DNA from: Tubulanus polymorphus | Lineage: Eukaryota; Animalia; Nemertea | DNA length: 64,000 bases | Direction: 5' to 3' | Assembly (NCBI RefSeq): GCF_964204645.1 | Contig: NC_134025.1 | Span: 15,066,001-15,130,000, forward strand | Part shown: positions 37,304 through 48,839 of the stretch, piece after piece | Numbering within the stretch: the stretch's first letter is position 1 | Layout of the letters: every line of letters starts with the position of its first letter | Made by a program: the position numbers and the translations under genes | The notes under the pieces: model-generated | Databases searched by the model: none | Told to the model about the DNA's origin: nothing | What the model saw: only the letters and a program-made list of their open reading frames with translations

Positions 37304-38758
37304 ATGGATGTAGAAGGTGGAGAAGATTATGAAATGGGAGAAATGGGAAATAATAATGAGGGATATATTGATGATGATTATAATGATGCAGGTGCTTATC
37401 TTAATGAAACTAATATTGATAATGATTATGAATCAGCATATAATTCTAATTTAGCAGATAGTGGTTCTAAAGTCCCATCAACAGAAGAAAATGATAGAAG
37501 AATTAGATCGAGAATACCTACTGAAAATTTAGACCCCAGGTTAGAAAGAGAATATATTGAAGATAATGAATATATTCATAAATTCAAACCTGCATTTGAA
37601 AGATCTGGGTATAATATAAATGATAAAGTCGCCAGATTTTTAGTAAAAAAATTAAAACTTTTTAAAGGTAAATATTATTATCGTTTGGATGGTGATTATT
37701 ATATTGATATCGCTGATCAAAGAACAAAACTAAATAGAATATTAGCGGAATCAACTTTGAGAAAATTAGAAACATTTAGAATTAAGAGAATAAGTAATAG
37801 TAATGAAATAACTGATGTTACACAAGAAGAAATAGATGATAATATAACAGAATTTAGTGAAGGAATTGATGACTTATTTGAAACAATCAATAATAATTTA
37901 GAACCAGAAACTAGTAGACCTAATTCAAGAGAAGTTCAAACTGAAAAAATTTTACCGAAGGGATTACTTGATGCAACAGATTAAGAATTAGAAGATTTAG
38001 ATATATTTTCTGGTAAAGCAATAAGAGAAATTGAAAGTATAAGACATGCATCTGATAAAATTGCACATGATAAAAGTATAAGAGATTTTAAGATTAGAAC
38101 TTTAGAAAAAGAATTAACTGATAAAAATAAAGAAATAGAACAACTAAAATTAGATAGAGATAATAAAGTTATTGAAGAAATCGAATTTAAAAAAAGAAAT
38201 GCATATTTAGAAAAAGAAAAAGATGATTTAGAATATAACATAGAATTACAAAAAGAAGAAATTAAATTATTATTAAAATCATATGATTATAATATTAATA
38301 GATTAAAAGATGTTTTTAAAAGATATCTAATAAAACCAGATTCTAGAATATCATTGAAAGATAGAATAAAATTGTTATTTAAATTAGAAGGAATAACAAT
38401 TCTTTCAATTCTAACAGCTGTAACTATGTTATTTACAACAATTGGTTTAGCTATATCAAATGCTTTAAAATCTTCTCCTACTCCCACTCCCAATAAACCA
38501 GATAAACCTCCAGGTAATAATTCTATACAAGATAAAGTTAAAGATGGTTTAAAGAAATTAGCAAAATATTTATGGGAACTATCTAAAAAATCTGCTGCAG
38601 CATTGCCAGGAGTTATTGCATCAATTGTTGGTTTTATATTGAAATCTGCAGGAAACATTATTAACGTTGCTGCTGAACATATTATTTTATTTTTAATTAC
38701 AGTTGTAAGTGCTATTATTTTTGGGTTAGTAAATATGATATCAAAAGATATCAAGTAA
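37304..38758 (+). pseudogene. Acidic/coiled-coil protein with C-terminal TM segments
   Basis: A single in-frame TAA at 37982 corresponds to CAA in copy D. Homolog at 54431-55890. Confidence 0.78.
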
Positions 38759-39165
38759 ACATGATATCAAAAAATATAAAGTAACCATGATTAAAAATAA
38801 ATAATTAATTTTTTTGTTAAATAAATGAGTGGGAGTTATATAAGTCCTTCTAAGATTTCTAGAATATCTAATGCTATTAAAGCAGAAAGATCACATCATA
38901 TAATTACTCATAACCCTTCTAATATTAATCCCGATGAAACTTTATATGTTAGAATTCCGAGATTAACACTTAAATACTTTTTATGTTCCAAATAGTATTT
39001 ATTTATCAGCTGATATAAAAGTAATCGGTAATAATAATAATAATTATGTTGTTGATAATGTTGGAAGATATTTGATTAAAAAGTTAACAATAAAGATTGG
39101 TCCGGAAACAGTTTTCTCATTAGATGATTATAATTTATTTATGCATTATAAAGATTTATGGTTAA

Positions 39166-39638
39166 TGTGAAGTCAATGTATATGTTATATGTAAAGTTAT
39201 TTGTTTGTATAAAGTGTAACGGTAGTTGGTCGTTCTTTTGTTCGTTCTCTTGTCAGTATTCCAGTATTCGGTAGTATTGTGTTGTATTGTTGTTGTTGTC
39301 TGGTATTGTTATTTTCCCGCCTCAAAGTTTATTGGCATATCCGTTTCCGGGTTACTCCCGCATTTTGTGTAATATTTTTGGCACTTGGTCGTTCGAGCTC
39401 CTCGGAGTATCAGTGCTTGTCTGTGTGCTTGCTATATTGGAATCTCCCTCAGTCGTCATGTAAGTTTTGTGCAAATTTATATTAATTAATTATTGTAACT
39501 GTTTACAACATTTCCTACCCTTATAATATTTGTTTTTGTAGAAACGTGTAATATTCGTCGTTTGTTTTTTGTCGTCGTAATTTGAAAATAAACGCATCAA
39601 TGAGAAGTATCGACTGACTTCGTTTGTCATTTGCAACA
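39166..39638 (+). repeat. BEL/Pao 5' LTR
   Basis: TGTGAAGTC...TTGCAACA. Two differences from the 3' LTR seen by eye. Confidence 0.95.
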
Positions 39639-42600
39639 CTGTTTATGACGAGGGAGATGGCATCACTTGACGAGAAGGTTAAATCGAGAGCGGGTTTCAA
39701 GGCCAACGTCACAAAAAGAAGCAACATCCTTCGGAAGGCGTTAAAAGAAGGGCTACCGTATGATGATGTAAAGAAATTAATCGACGACGTTACACAATCG
39801 TGGGAAAAGTTCGAAAACGCGCACGACGCCGTTCATTGTCTGTATATCGAAGATGATGACATTGAAAATTCATATATGTATTTCGATCGGGAAGAGAAAA
39901 AGTATCGCGAGTTGCTAGAAAAGGCAACCAAAGTTCAAAGTCCTGTGGTTTCGGATTCCGTAGCTGCGTCAACAGGCAATAGTGATAGTGATCTTGCTGC
40001 GATGGTAAAAAGTCTAAAACGAATGGCTTTACCACAACAAGAACTGCCAATTTTCGGCGGTGATCCTATTGAATATTGCTATTTCGTAAAAGCTTTTGAA
40101 AATATAATCGAAAGAAAAACCGATTGCAGTAGCCAAAGGCTGTATTATCTAATGCAATATACGCGCGGTGAGGTGAAAGAGTTAGTGCGAAGCTGCATGG
40201 AGCAACCACCAGACATCGGGTACTCAGAGGCGAAGCGTTTGTTGAAAGAACACTACGGTAACAATTATATAATTGCATCAGTACTTGTTGATAATTTAAT
40301 TGAAGGCCCGGTGATAAAATCAGAAGATGGTCAAGCTCTCCATAATTACTCTATGAAACTTATAAGTTGTAAGAATACTTTGGGTGAAATAGGCTACTTA
40401 AGTAAGGTTGAAAACCCAGATAATCTGCGCCGAATTATAGCTAGACTCCCTTATGATTTGCGTAAAAAATGGCGTGTCAAAGCAGATTATATCACTACGT
40501 TTAATGATCGCGAAATTCGACTTGACGATATTTCTAATTTTGTTCAATCGGAAGCTAGAGTGTTAAATCATCCGGTTTTCGGTAAGCTTTCCGATGGTTA
40601 TAAAATATCCGATTTAAGTGGTCAAAGCTCTTTATCCAAAGGCGGTTGTCGAAAACCTAATAATCCAGTCGGACAGTTGGGCCAGCGTAATTTTGCTATC
40701 AGCTCGTATAATCAATGTATGAATCGTAATCAAAATCAACGAGTTAATCTCGATACTATTAGAACACCCAGTTCTACGGTTTGTCAATTGTGTTCAGTTA
40801 GTAATCATTCTTTGTCAAACTGCTACAAATTCAGAGGGTACTCATATGACCAGAGGGTTAAGGTATTGAAGCAGAAGCGGTTATGTTTTTTATGTTTAGG
40901 TCAAAACCATATCGCGCAGCAATGTCAAAGTAGGGAATTCTGCGAAGTGTGTCACAGTCGACACAACACGCTATTGCACAGATACACTTTGTCGCCAAAC
41001 GTTGTCAATAGTAGTTCTGTACCTTGTTCAAATCGGCTTACGGAAGGAATGATTCACCACGATAATCGTAATTCACCACAGCCATCGACGGCAACTGGCA
41101 ATGTGACAGAAAATGGGCAAAGTTTATCTGCAACCAATCAGTGCGTTAAACAAAATATAACACGTCGCATAGGTTTGCCAATAGTGCCAGTGAAAATCAA
41201 GGGTTGTGGTGGGTTCGAATTTATTACATACGCCTTGTTAGATACCGGCAGCACCTCTACATTCTGCAACGAAAATCTGATAAAAGATTTAGGATTTATT
41301 TACAGTGACTTGCGTCAAACTAACCTATCGTTATCAACTTTGACAGAGGCTGATAATTTGACTCAATCTTATGTAACTGACTTGAAAGTATCGGACTTAG
41401 ACGGAACATACAGTACGGAATTGACAAATGTATTTTCGAGACCTTCTTTGCCTATGTCTGAGAAAGACATTCCCAGACAGTCCGATTTAAACGGATACTC
41501 GTATTTAAGCGGTGTTGTTTTAGCTGACGTCAATGCTTACGTTGGGCTAATCGTAGGTAATGACAATCATCACGTGTTAGAGCCCTTAGAGGTCATAAGT
41601 AGCACCAACGGAGGGCCCCACGCTGTCAAAACTATATTTGGGTGGGCTGTCAATGGTCCTCTTGGTGGGAGTACATGTGTAACCAACAAAATGGCCTTTA
41701 GCATAAATAGAAACGAAGATAGACGCGACAGCGAACTGACGAGACAATTTCAGCTATATTGCGACTTAGAATTCAATGATCGAATTTCGGATGATACTAA
41801 ATGCATGTCTCAAGAAGACAAACGGGCTTTAGAGATTATGGAATCATCCGTCACTCTAACTGACGATAAGCATTATCAAATAGATTTACCCTTTCGGGAT
41901 GAACAGATTAATATGCCCAATAATAGGGCTTTGGCTTTACATCGTTTGAAAAGTTTGAAAAAACGTTTTCTCAGCGACCCTATGTTGTTGAAAGAATATG
42001 CCGATTTCCTTGATAATATGATAAAATCTGGATTCTGTGAGAAAGTTCCTACAATTGACTTAGATCGAGACGACGGTATGGTCTGGTACCTACCACATCA
42101 CAATGTATATCACCCTACAAAAAAGAAAATCAGAGTCGTGTTTAATTGTTCATCGAAATATTTGGAATTCTCGTTGAACGATCATCTTCTTCAAGGCCCC
42201 GACTTGACGAACTCCCTGCTTGGAGTTTTGACAAGATTCAGGCAAGAAAGAATAGCCTTTATTGCGGATATTGAAGGAATGTTCCACCAAGTCCGAGTGA
42301 CGCCGTCGTTGTGCGATGCCTTACGGTTTTTATGGTGGACGAATCGTAATTTAGACGCTAATCCAGATGAATACAGAATGCGCGTGCATCTTTTTGGTGC
42401 AACATCTTCGCCTTCTTGCAGCAGTTTTGCTCTTCGAAGGTGCGCATTGGACAACACAGAATTATTCGATGCTACTGTAACTGATACCGTTCTGCGTAAT
42501 TTTTATGTAGACGATTGTTTGAAATCCGTCGGGACTGTTCACGACGCAGTAAGACTTTTGAGCCAATTGATCGAAATTTTAGATAAAGGGGGATTTCGGT

Positions 42601-45049
42601 TAACTCAAATTTCATCGAATTCTCGACAGGTACTTGAAAGCGTGCCAGAGACCGAAAGGGCAAAAACGATAAAAGATTTAGATTTCAATATTGAGCAACT
42701 GCCTATGGAGCGTACTCTTGGCGTATTATGGGATATGGAGTCTGACTCATTACTTGTTCGAGTTAAAATCGACCATTCGAAGCCCAAAACTAGACGTGGT
42801 ATCTTATCTACGGTCAGTTCCCTGTATGTCCCTATCGGATTTACTTCACCTATATCATTGCCCGTAAAATCATTGTTACAAGAGATGTGTAGGATTAAGT
42901 TAGGGTGGGATGACATAATTCCCGCCTGGTGCGATGAGTTTTGGTTGAAATGGCTAAACGAATTACCTAGTTTAGAAGGTTTACGCATCGGTAGATGTTT
43001 TAAACCATCAGGCTTCGATGATCCAATATCCGCTCAGTTACATCATTTTTCTGATGCTGCTGAGATTGGATACGGTGCAGTTAGTTTTCTGAGGTTATTC
43101 GATGGCACGACGGTGCATTGTAGTTTCGTGCTCGGTAAGTCTAGAGTGACGCCTCTGAAAACCGTGAGCATTCCACGACTTGAGTTGGCCGCTGCAGTTT
43201 TGTCAACGCGACTCGACGGCATGATACTAAAAGAGATCGACATACCTATCGAAACCTCATATTTCTGGACGGACAGTACAGCAGTCCTCAAATATATTCG
43301 AAACGAGGATAAACGGTTTCAAGTTTATGTAGCAAACAGGGTGTCAGCAATAAGAGAACACTCTAAACCATGTCAATGGCGCTTCATCGATGGCTGCCTC
43401 AACCCAGCTGATGACGCTTCTCGCGGTTTAAAGCCAACTGAACTTATTATCTCGTCGAGATGGTTAATGGGACCAGAGTTTCTTTGGAGAGATGAATCTC
43501 AATGGCCCAAACAGCCAGATGACGTGAATTTTGATATAGACCCTTCCGATCAAGAGTTAAGAAAGACGGTTAACACGGTTGAGGTGGACGAAGACCATCT
43601 ACTTAACTCATTCAGTCAATTTTCTTCTTGGTACAAACTCAAGAAATGTGTAGCCTGGATCCTGAGGCTCAAATCTCGACTATTGAGTAGAGTTCGGAAA
43701 ATCGACTCTGTGGTGAAATCCAATCGTATAACAGTTTCCGAGTTGAGACGTGCAGAGAATGCAATATTAGGTTACGTACAAAAACGGTATTACCCTGACG
43801 AATGCAGTCACTCTCTTAAAAGGACAAGTTCCCTTATCCCGTTAGATCCTGTCTTGGTTGACGGACTCCTTTGTGTAGGTGGCCGTCTCAGGCGCTCGAC
43901 ATTACCGGATAAACGTAAACACCCAATCATAGTTCCAAAGAAAAGCCACCTATGTACATTAATTATTGATTATTATCATAGAGTGTATGCGCATAGGGGG
44001 TGTGAGTACGTCTTATCAAACATTAGAAAGAAATATTGGCTAATTAACGCTAAATCGGCTATTAGGCGTAGATTAAATGCCTGTATTACTTGTAGGAAAC
44101 AAAGGGCTAAGGCTGTAGGACAAAAGATGTCTGACCTACCAGAAGATAGGGTTACTCCGAATTTACCCCCATTTACAAATGTGGGGATCGATTGCTTTGG
44201 GCCGTTTCTCGTCAAACGGGGCCGGGCGCAAGTTAAACGTTACGGTTGTTTGTTTACGTGTCTCACCTGTCGGGCTATTCACATCGAAGTTTGCCATTCT
44301 TTGAGTACCGATTCATTTATTTGTGCACTCCGTCGGTTTATCTGTCGACGCGGTAACCCCTTACGTATCAGGAGTGATAATGGTACAAACTTTGTTGGAG
44401 GCCAACGGGAGTTAAAAAAGGCGGTATCCGAATGGAATCAAGATCAAATTCACGAGTTCCTTTTGCAGCGTGAAATTGAATGGGTTTTTAATCCACCAAC
44501 TGCCTGACACATGGGTGGTGTGTGGGAGCGAATGATTAGGTAAGTGCGCGAAATTTTAGGTTGCGTATTAAGTGAACAAATCGTAGATGACGAAGGGTTG
44601 AGTACCTTGTTCTGCGAAGTGGAATGTATTGTAAACGGGCGTCCACTTACTGCAACATCGGATGACCCCAACGATTTAGACGCACTATCACCTAATCATT
44701 TGCTCTTACTTCGTTATGGGCCTGATTTACCACCTGGGAAATTTACGGATATTGATAATTATTCGCGAAAACGTTGGCGCCAAATTCAATATCTCGCTGA
44801 CGTGTTTTGGCGTAGGTGGTCAGCAGAATATTTTCAAAATGGTTTGAGTCGCGTAAAAACCTCTCGGTAGGAGACTTAGTCTTAATTGTGGATAATCAAG
44901 TCTCACGAAGTTTATGGCCTATGGCACGTGTACTGAACACATATCCAGATAAAGAGGGTCACGTTAGGAAAGTGCGTGTTAAAACAAAAAATGGTGAGAT
45001 TATACGACCCGTCCATAAATGTGTTTTCTTGGAAGGTTGCGAAAAGTAA
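39624..45049 (+). pseudogene. pol: BEL/Pao gag-pol polyprotein (gag, Zn knuckles, protease, RT, RNase H, integrase)
   Basis: CFLCLGQNHIAQQC, LLDTGS, FYVDD, HFSDA, GIDCFGP and SDNGTNF. Open for 1627 aa, then stops at 44505 and 44541 and a frameshift in the integrase tail. Confidence 0.95.
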
Positions 45050-45147
45050 ATTTAAGACGTTTTCGCTCGTTGAATTAATAGTAATTCACGTTTTTCACGA
45101 GTTTCGTTTGATTAAATTCCCTTTAAGTAATTTAATGAGGCCGGGAA

Positions 45148-45620
45148 TGTGAAGTCAATGTATATGTTATATGTAAAGTTATTTGTTTGTATAAAGTGTA
45201 ACGGTAGTTGGTCGTTCTTTTGTTCGTTCTCTTGTCAGTATTCCAGTATTCGGTAGTATTGTGTTGTATTGTTGTTGTTGTCTGGTATTGTTATTTTCCC
45301 GCCTCAAAGTTTATTGGCATATCCGTTTCCGGGTTACTCCCGCATTTTGTGTAATATTTTTGGCACTTGGTCGTTCGAGCTCCTCGGAGTATCAGTGCTT
45401 GTCTGTGTGCTTGCTATATTGGAATCTCCCTCAGTCGTCATGTAAGTTTTGTGCAAATTTATATTAATTAATTATTGTAACTGTTTACAACATTTCCTAC
45501 CCTTATAATATTTGTTTTTGTAGAAACGTGTAATATTCGTCGTTTGTTTTTTCTCGTCGTAATTTGAAAATAAACGCATCAAGGAGAAGTATCGACTGAC
45601 TTCGTTTGTCATTTGCAACA
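45148..45620 (+). repeat. BEL/Pao 3' LTR
   Basis: Direct repeat of 39166-39638. Confidence 0.95.
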
Positions 45621-46568
45621 GTTAACTAAAGAAAATAGAAATAATATGATATTTCAAGGAATCCAATCAGAAAACCAAAATAAATTAAGATCAGAAGCTA
45701 ATAGCGCAATATTAACTAATGCTGTAGATAAATTGATAAAAAGTATATATGGAAGCAAATATAAAATTCCATTAGACTTTGAATTGATAAATAATAATGC
45801 ACCTTTATATAAATACGCAATTCAAGAGGATATTATATTTGAGATAACATTTGCTCCTGTAAATGAAATTGTATTATCTAGCGTTAATAAAGATATGGGT
45901 TATAAATTATCGAATATATGTTTAGAATATGATACAGTAACTGATGAAAATATTTCAAGTATAATTCAAACTCAATACAATCAAGGATTTTCATTATTAT
46001 ATGATTATATTGATAAATTTAAAACCGTAACTATTAATGCAAATGATGAAATAATTAATGAGAATATTAACTTCCCAAGAAGATCTATTAAAGGTATATT
46101 AATATTTTTTACCATTGCAACATATACTAATGGCGCAATAAATGTTGATAATTATTATAATCCTGAAATAACAAAAGTAGAAATAACTATAGAAGGAATA
46201 GCAAATAAAATATCTGGTCAAGGAATGAGAATCATAGATCAATGGCCAGAAATTAGAAAACATTTTATGAATGAAAAAGTAAAATCATCTGAAAATTGTA
46301 ATATTAATCAAATTGATTATTATACCGGTAATAAATACGCATTATGGTTAGATTTTAGAACAACAGAGGATTATTCATTACATGGTTCTGGAAAAAAATT
46401 ACAAAACACTAAAGATGGAATACAATTATTCATGACAAAGAATAAAGGAATCAAAAATTTTAAAATGCACATTTATATTATATCTGACGCGCAATTAAAT
46501 ATTGTAAATTCACAATTAGATAGTGTTATGTATTAAAATTTTAACTTTAATAAAAATTTATTATATAA

Positions 46569-47483
46569 ATGGAAGGAGGTAAAGTATATAAACATATTCC
46601 ATACATCGATACACATGAAAATAATGATGGTTTATATTATATAATACCTTGTAATATAGCTTTGATATTTGATCCTATTTTCAAAATTTATAAAACTAAA
46701 CTAATAGAAATCGATAATAATAAAAGTGAAGTTGTTAATAATTTAAGTAATGTAATTGATAATAATGTAATACCTACTACATCTAATAATATAATACCTA
46801 CTACATCTAATAATATAATACCTACTATATCTAATAATATAATACCTACTACATCTAATAATGAAATAATATTTAATGTTAGTGAAAATAGAAATTATTG
46901 TGATTATTGTAAAGGTGAATTTTCAAACGCTCCATCAAATTGGAATAATCATATGAATACAAATTCACATATTACTAATGTTATAGAACGTGTTGGTATA
47001 AGAGAATTTATAGAACACCCATTTGTTTCAAATAAAAAAGTAGATGGTAAAGATTTATATAAAGATTTATTAGGTGAATTTTTATCTAAGGAACCTAGTA
47101 ATGATAAATTAGATTTATCTGCTGCTAAAAAAATACTAGAATCAAGCATTGTAAATACAATATTAAGGTCAAACACTAATAAAGATAATAATGAAAATGG
47201 TGCCATACGGCACCCACATGGTGATATAGTTACAGATAAGCATATTGATAATAAAGATTCTATGAAACATAAAGTAGAAAATAATGATAAATTTGATTGG
47301 ATGAATAAGTATAACAATGATACAACTATTGATGATATAAATGAGATGACTAATAAGTATATCAATGAACCAATTATTGATGTAGATTCGGTAGAGCATT
47401 TGAATAGATTGTTAGGGTCTGATGATGAATTGGAGAGTGATGATGAAAGTGATTCAGAAAGTAATTATAATTATCTCACATAA
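46569..47483 (+). CDS. Polinton zinc-finger protein with SNNIIPTT repeats and acidic tail
   Basis: Intact 304 aa with CDYC...HMNTNSH and a 24-bp coding tandem repeat of about 4 copies. Confidence 0.7.
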   Translation: MEGGKVYKHIPYIDTHENNDGLYYIIPCNIALIFDPIFKIYKTKLIEIDNNKSEVVNNLSNVIDNNVIPTTSNNIIPTTSNNIIPTISNNIIPTTSNNEIIFNVSENRNYCDYCKGEFSNAPSNWNNHMNTNSHITNVIERVGIREFIEHPFVSNKKVDGKDLYKDLLGEFLSKEPSNDKLDLSAAKKILESSIVNTILRSNTNKDNNENGAIRHPHGDIVTDKHIDNKDSMKHKVENNDKFDWMNKYNNDTTIDDINEMTNKYINEPIIDVDSVEHLNRLLGSDDELESDDESDSESNYNYLT

Positions 47484-47703
47484 TATATTAGTTGAAAATT
47501 GTATAAAATAATAGTAAATAAAAAATGGGGTTTTAAGTATTAAGGTATCTAATACATATCTAATACGTATCTAATACGTATCTAATACGTATTATTTGAA
47601 AATGCTTTAAATTATATTTCTTTTTTAAATTTATATTGAAACCTCAGTAATAGTAAATAACCTTTATTATTTTCAAACTTATTCATATATTAGTTGAAAA
47701 AAA

Positions 47704-48451
47704 TTACTCTCTACATCTTATAACTAATTCATAAATTACAGGGAAAATATTTAAATCAATTAAGTATCCATTATGATTTCTAATTTCTAATCTAAAATTA
47801 TTAAAACGAGGAATGCATGGTTTGAAATCACATTCTGTTAAATTATAATTTATTTGCGTCCCAAATTCTTTAACATTCTTCAATGGTAAAATGTTTGATA
47901 AACCAGAATTACAAGTTATATCTTTAGTTGCTTCGAATGTTTTTGTAGGATCGATTAAATTGCAATAAATATAAAAATGTGTGTAAGGTATTAAGTTTGG
48001 TGTAGTAGCGTCAATATTTGTAAAAGATCTATCTGGAAGAATTCCTAACAGTTTAGCTATAGGTTTTTTTACCATAAATTTATGTTTTTCACTATTAGAC
48101 AACCTTATCTTTATTCTATCAGAACTCTCACTTTTTAAAAATCTAATACTAAACCCAGAACTACTACCTAATTTGTGCCAGGCTTTTCTATTAATTTCTT
48201 GTGCGTATGTATCTAAATTATATAACCCTGGTTTTAAATATATATAGACCGATTCATTTTTATTTTTATTAAAAATTAAAAAAGCTCTATGTTCAATAGT
48301 TTTATTCGATATATTATAAACTTATATTAACTAATTTTAAATCTACACAATTCTTGAATTCTCTATCTAATTGTACTGGTAAATTATGTGATTTATAATT
48401 TGTAAGTTTTCTAGAATCTACAAATATTCTGTATTCTTTTAATTCCGCCAT
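47704..48451 (-). pseudogene. Minor capsid protein (penton, single jelly roll), frameshifted
   Basis: LKPGLYN, FYIYCNLI, GTQINY and LEIRNHNGYLIDLN..PVIYEL fit the Polinton penton pattern. Confidence 0.75.
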
Positions 48452-48468
48452 TTATTTTACATATTTTC

Positions 48469-48810
48469 TCATTCGAAATCTATTTCATGGTGCCCTTTTT
48501 CATTCTTACCTTTGTATACGAAATAGAAATCACCAGAACATAATTCCTCTAAATCTTCACTTGATAATCTATGAAATCTATCCGGTAAATATGTTCTGAA
48601 TTTATATGTATTTCCTTTTAATCCTTCATATTCTAAGTGTATAACTAATTTATCTCCATAGTTATTAGTAACTGTAACAATATTTGTAATTAGATATTTC
48701 TTATGGATTATTAATTCTGTTAACTTTTTGAATTTATAATCTACAGATTTTACATTTGTAGTATATTTAATTCTATTTAAGAATTCACTGTGTGTTTGTT
48801 TACTCTCCAT
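48469..48810 (-). CDS. PolB-adjacent small protein, possible OB-fold ssDNA-binding protein
   Basis: Intact 113 aa, beta-rich (KYLITNI, YGDKLVI, TYLPDRF, FVYKG). Function is inferred. Confidence 0.55.
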   Translation of the reverse strand: MESKQTHSEFLNRIKYTTNVKSVDYKFKKLTELIIHKKYLITNIVTVTNNYGDKLVIHLEYEGLKGNTYKFRTYLPDRFHRLSSEDLEELCSGDFYFVYKGKNEKGHHEIDFE

Positions 48811-48839
48811 TTTAATAACATATTTTTATTAAAATTTGA

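Larger units (their letters stand above)
39166..45620 (+). mobile_element. Full-length BEL/Pao LTR retrotransposon
   Basis: 473-bp TG..CA LTRs, 5-bp TSD GTTAA (39161-39165 and 45621-45625), PPT GAGGCCGGGAA and a single gag-pol. Confidence 0.97.
38825..46536 (+). pseudogene. Double jelly-roll major capsid protein, split by BEL/Pao (parts 38825-39165 and 45621-46536)
   Basis: The two halves join at the GTTAA TSD and match uninterrupted 55920-56703 (KDLW|LTKE). Reconstructed length is about 415 aa, beta-rich. An extra frameshift lies near 38970. Confidence 0.82.

Noticed and set aside
37981-38754. Antisense ORFs within Polinton genes (also 46949-47399 and 54850-55806)
   Set aside because: They are shadows of the sense-strand genes and lack the TAAATG start context.
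39279-39485. Cys-rich 68-aa ORF, repeated at 45261-45467
   Set aside because: It lies in the TG-rich LTR, has a non-ATG start, and is duplicated only because the LTR is.
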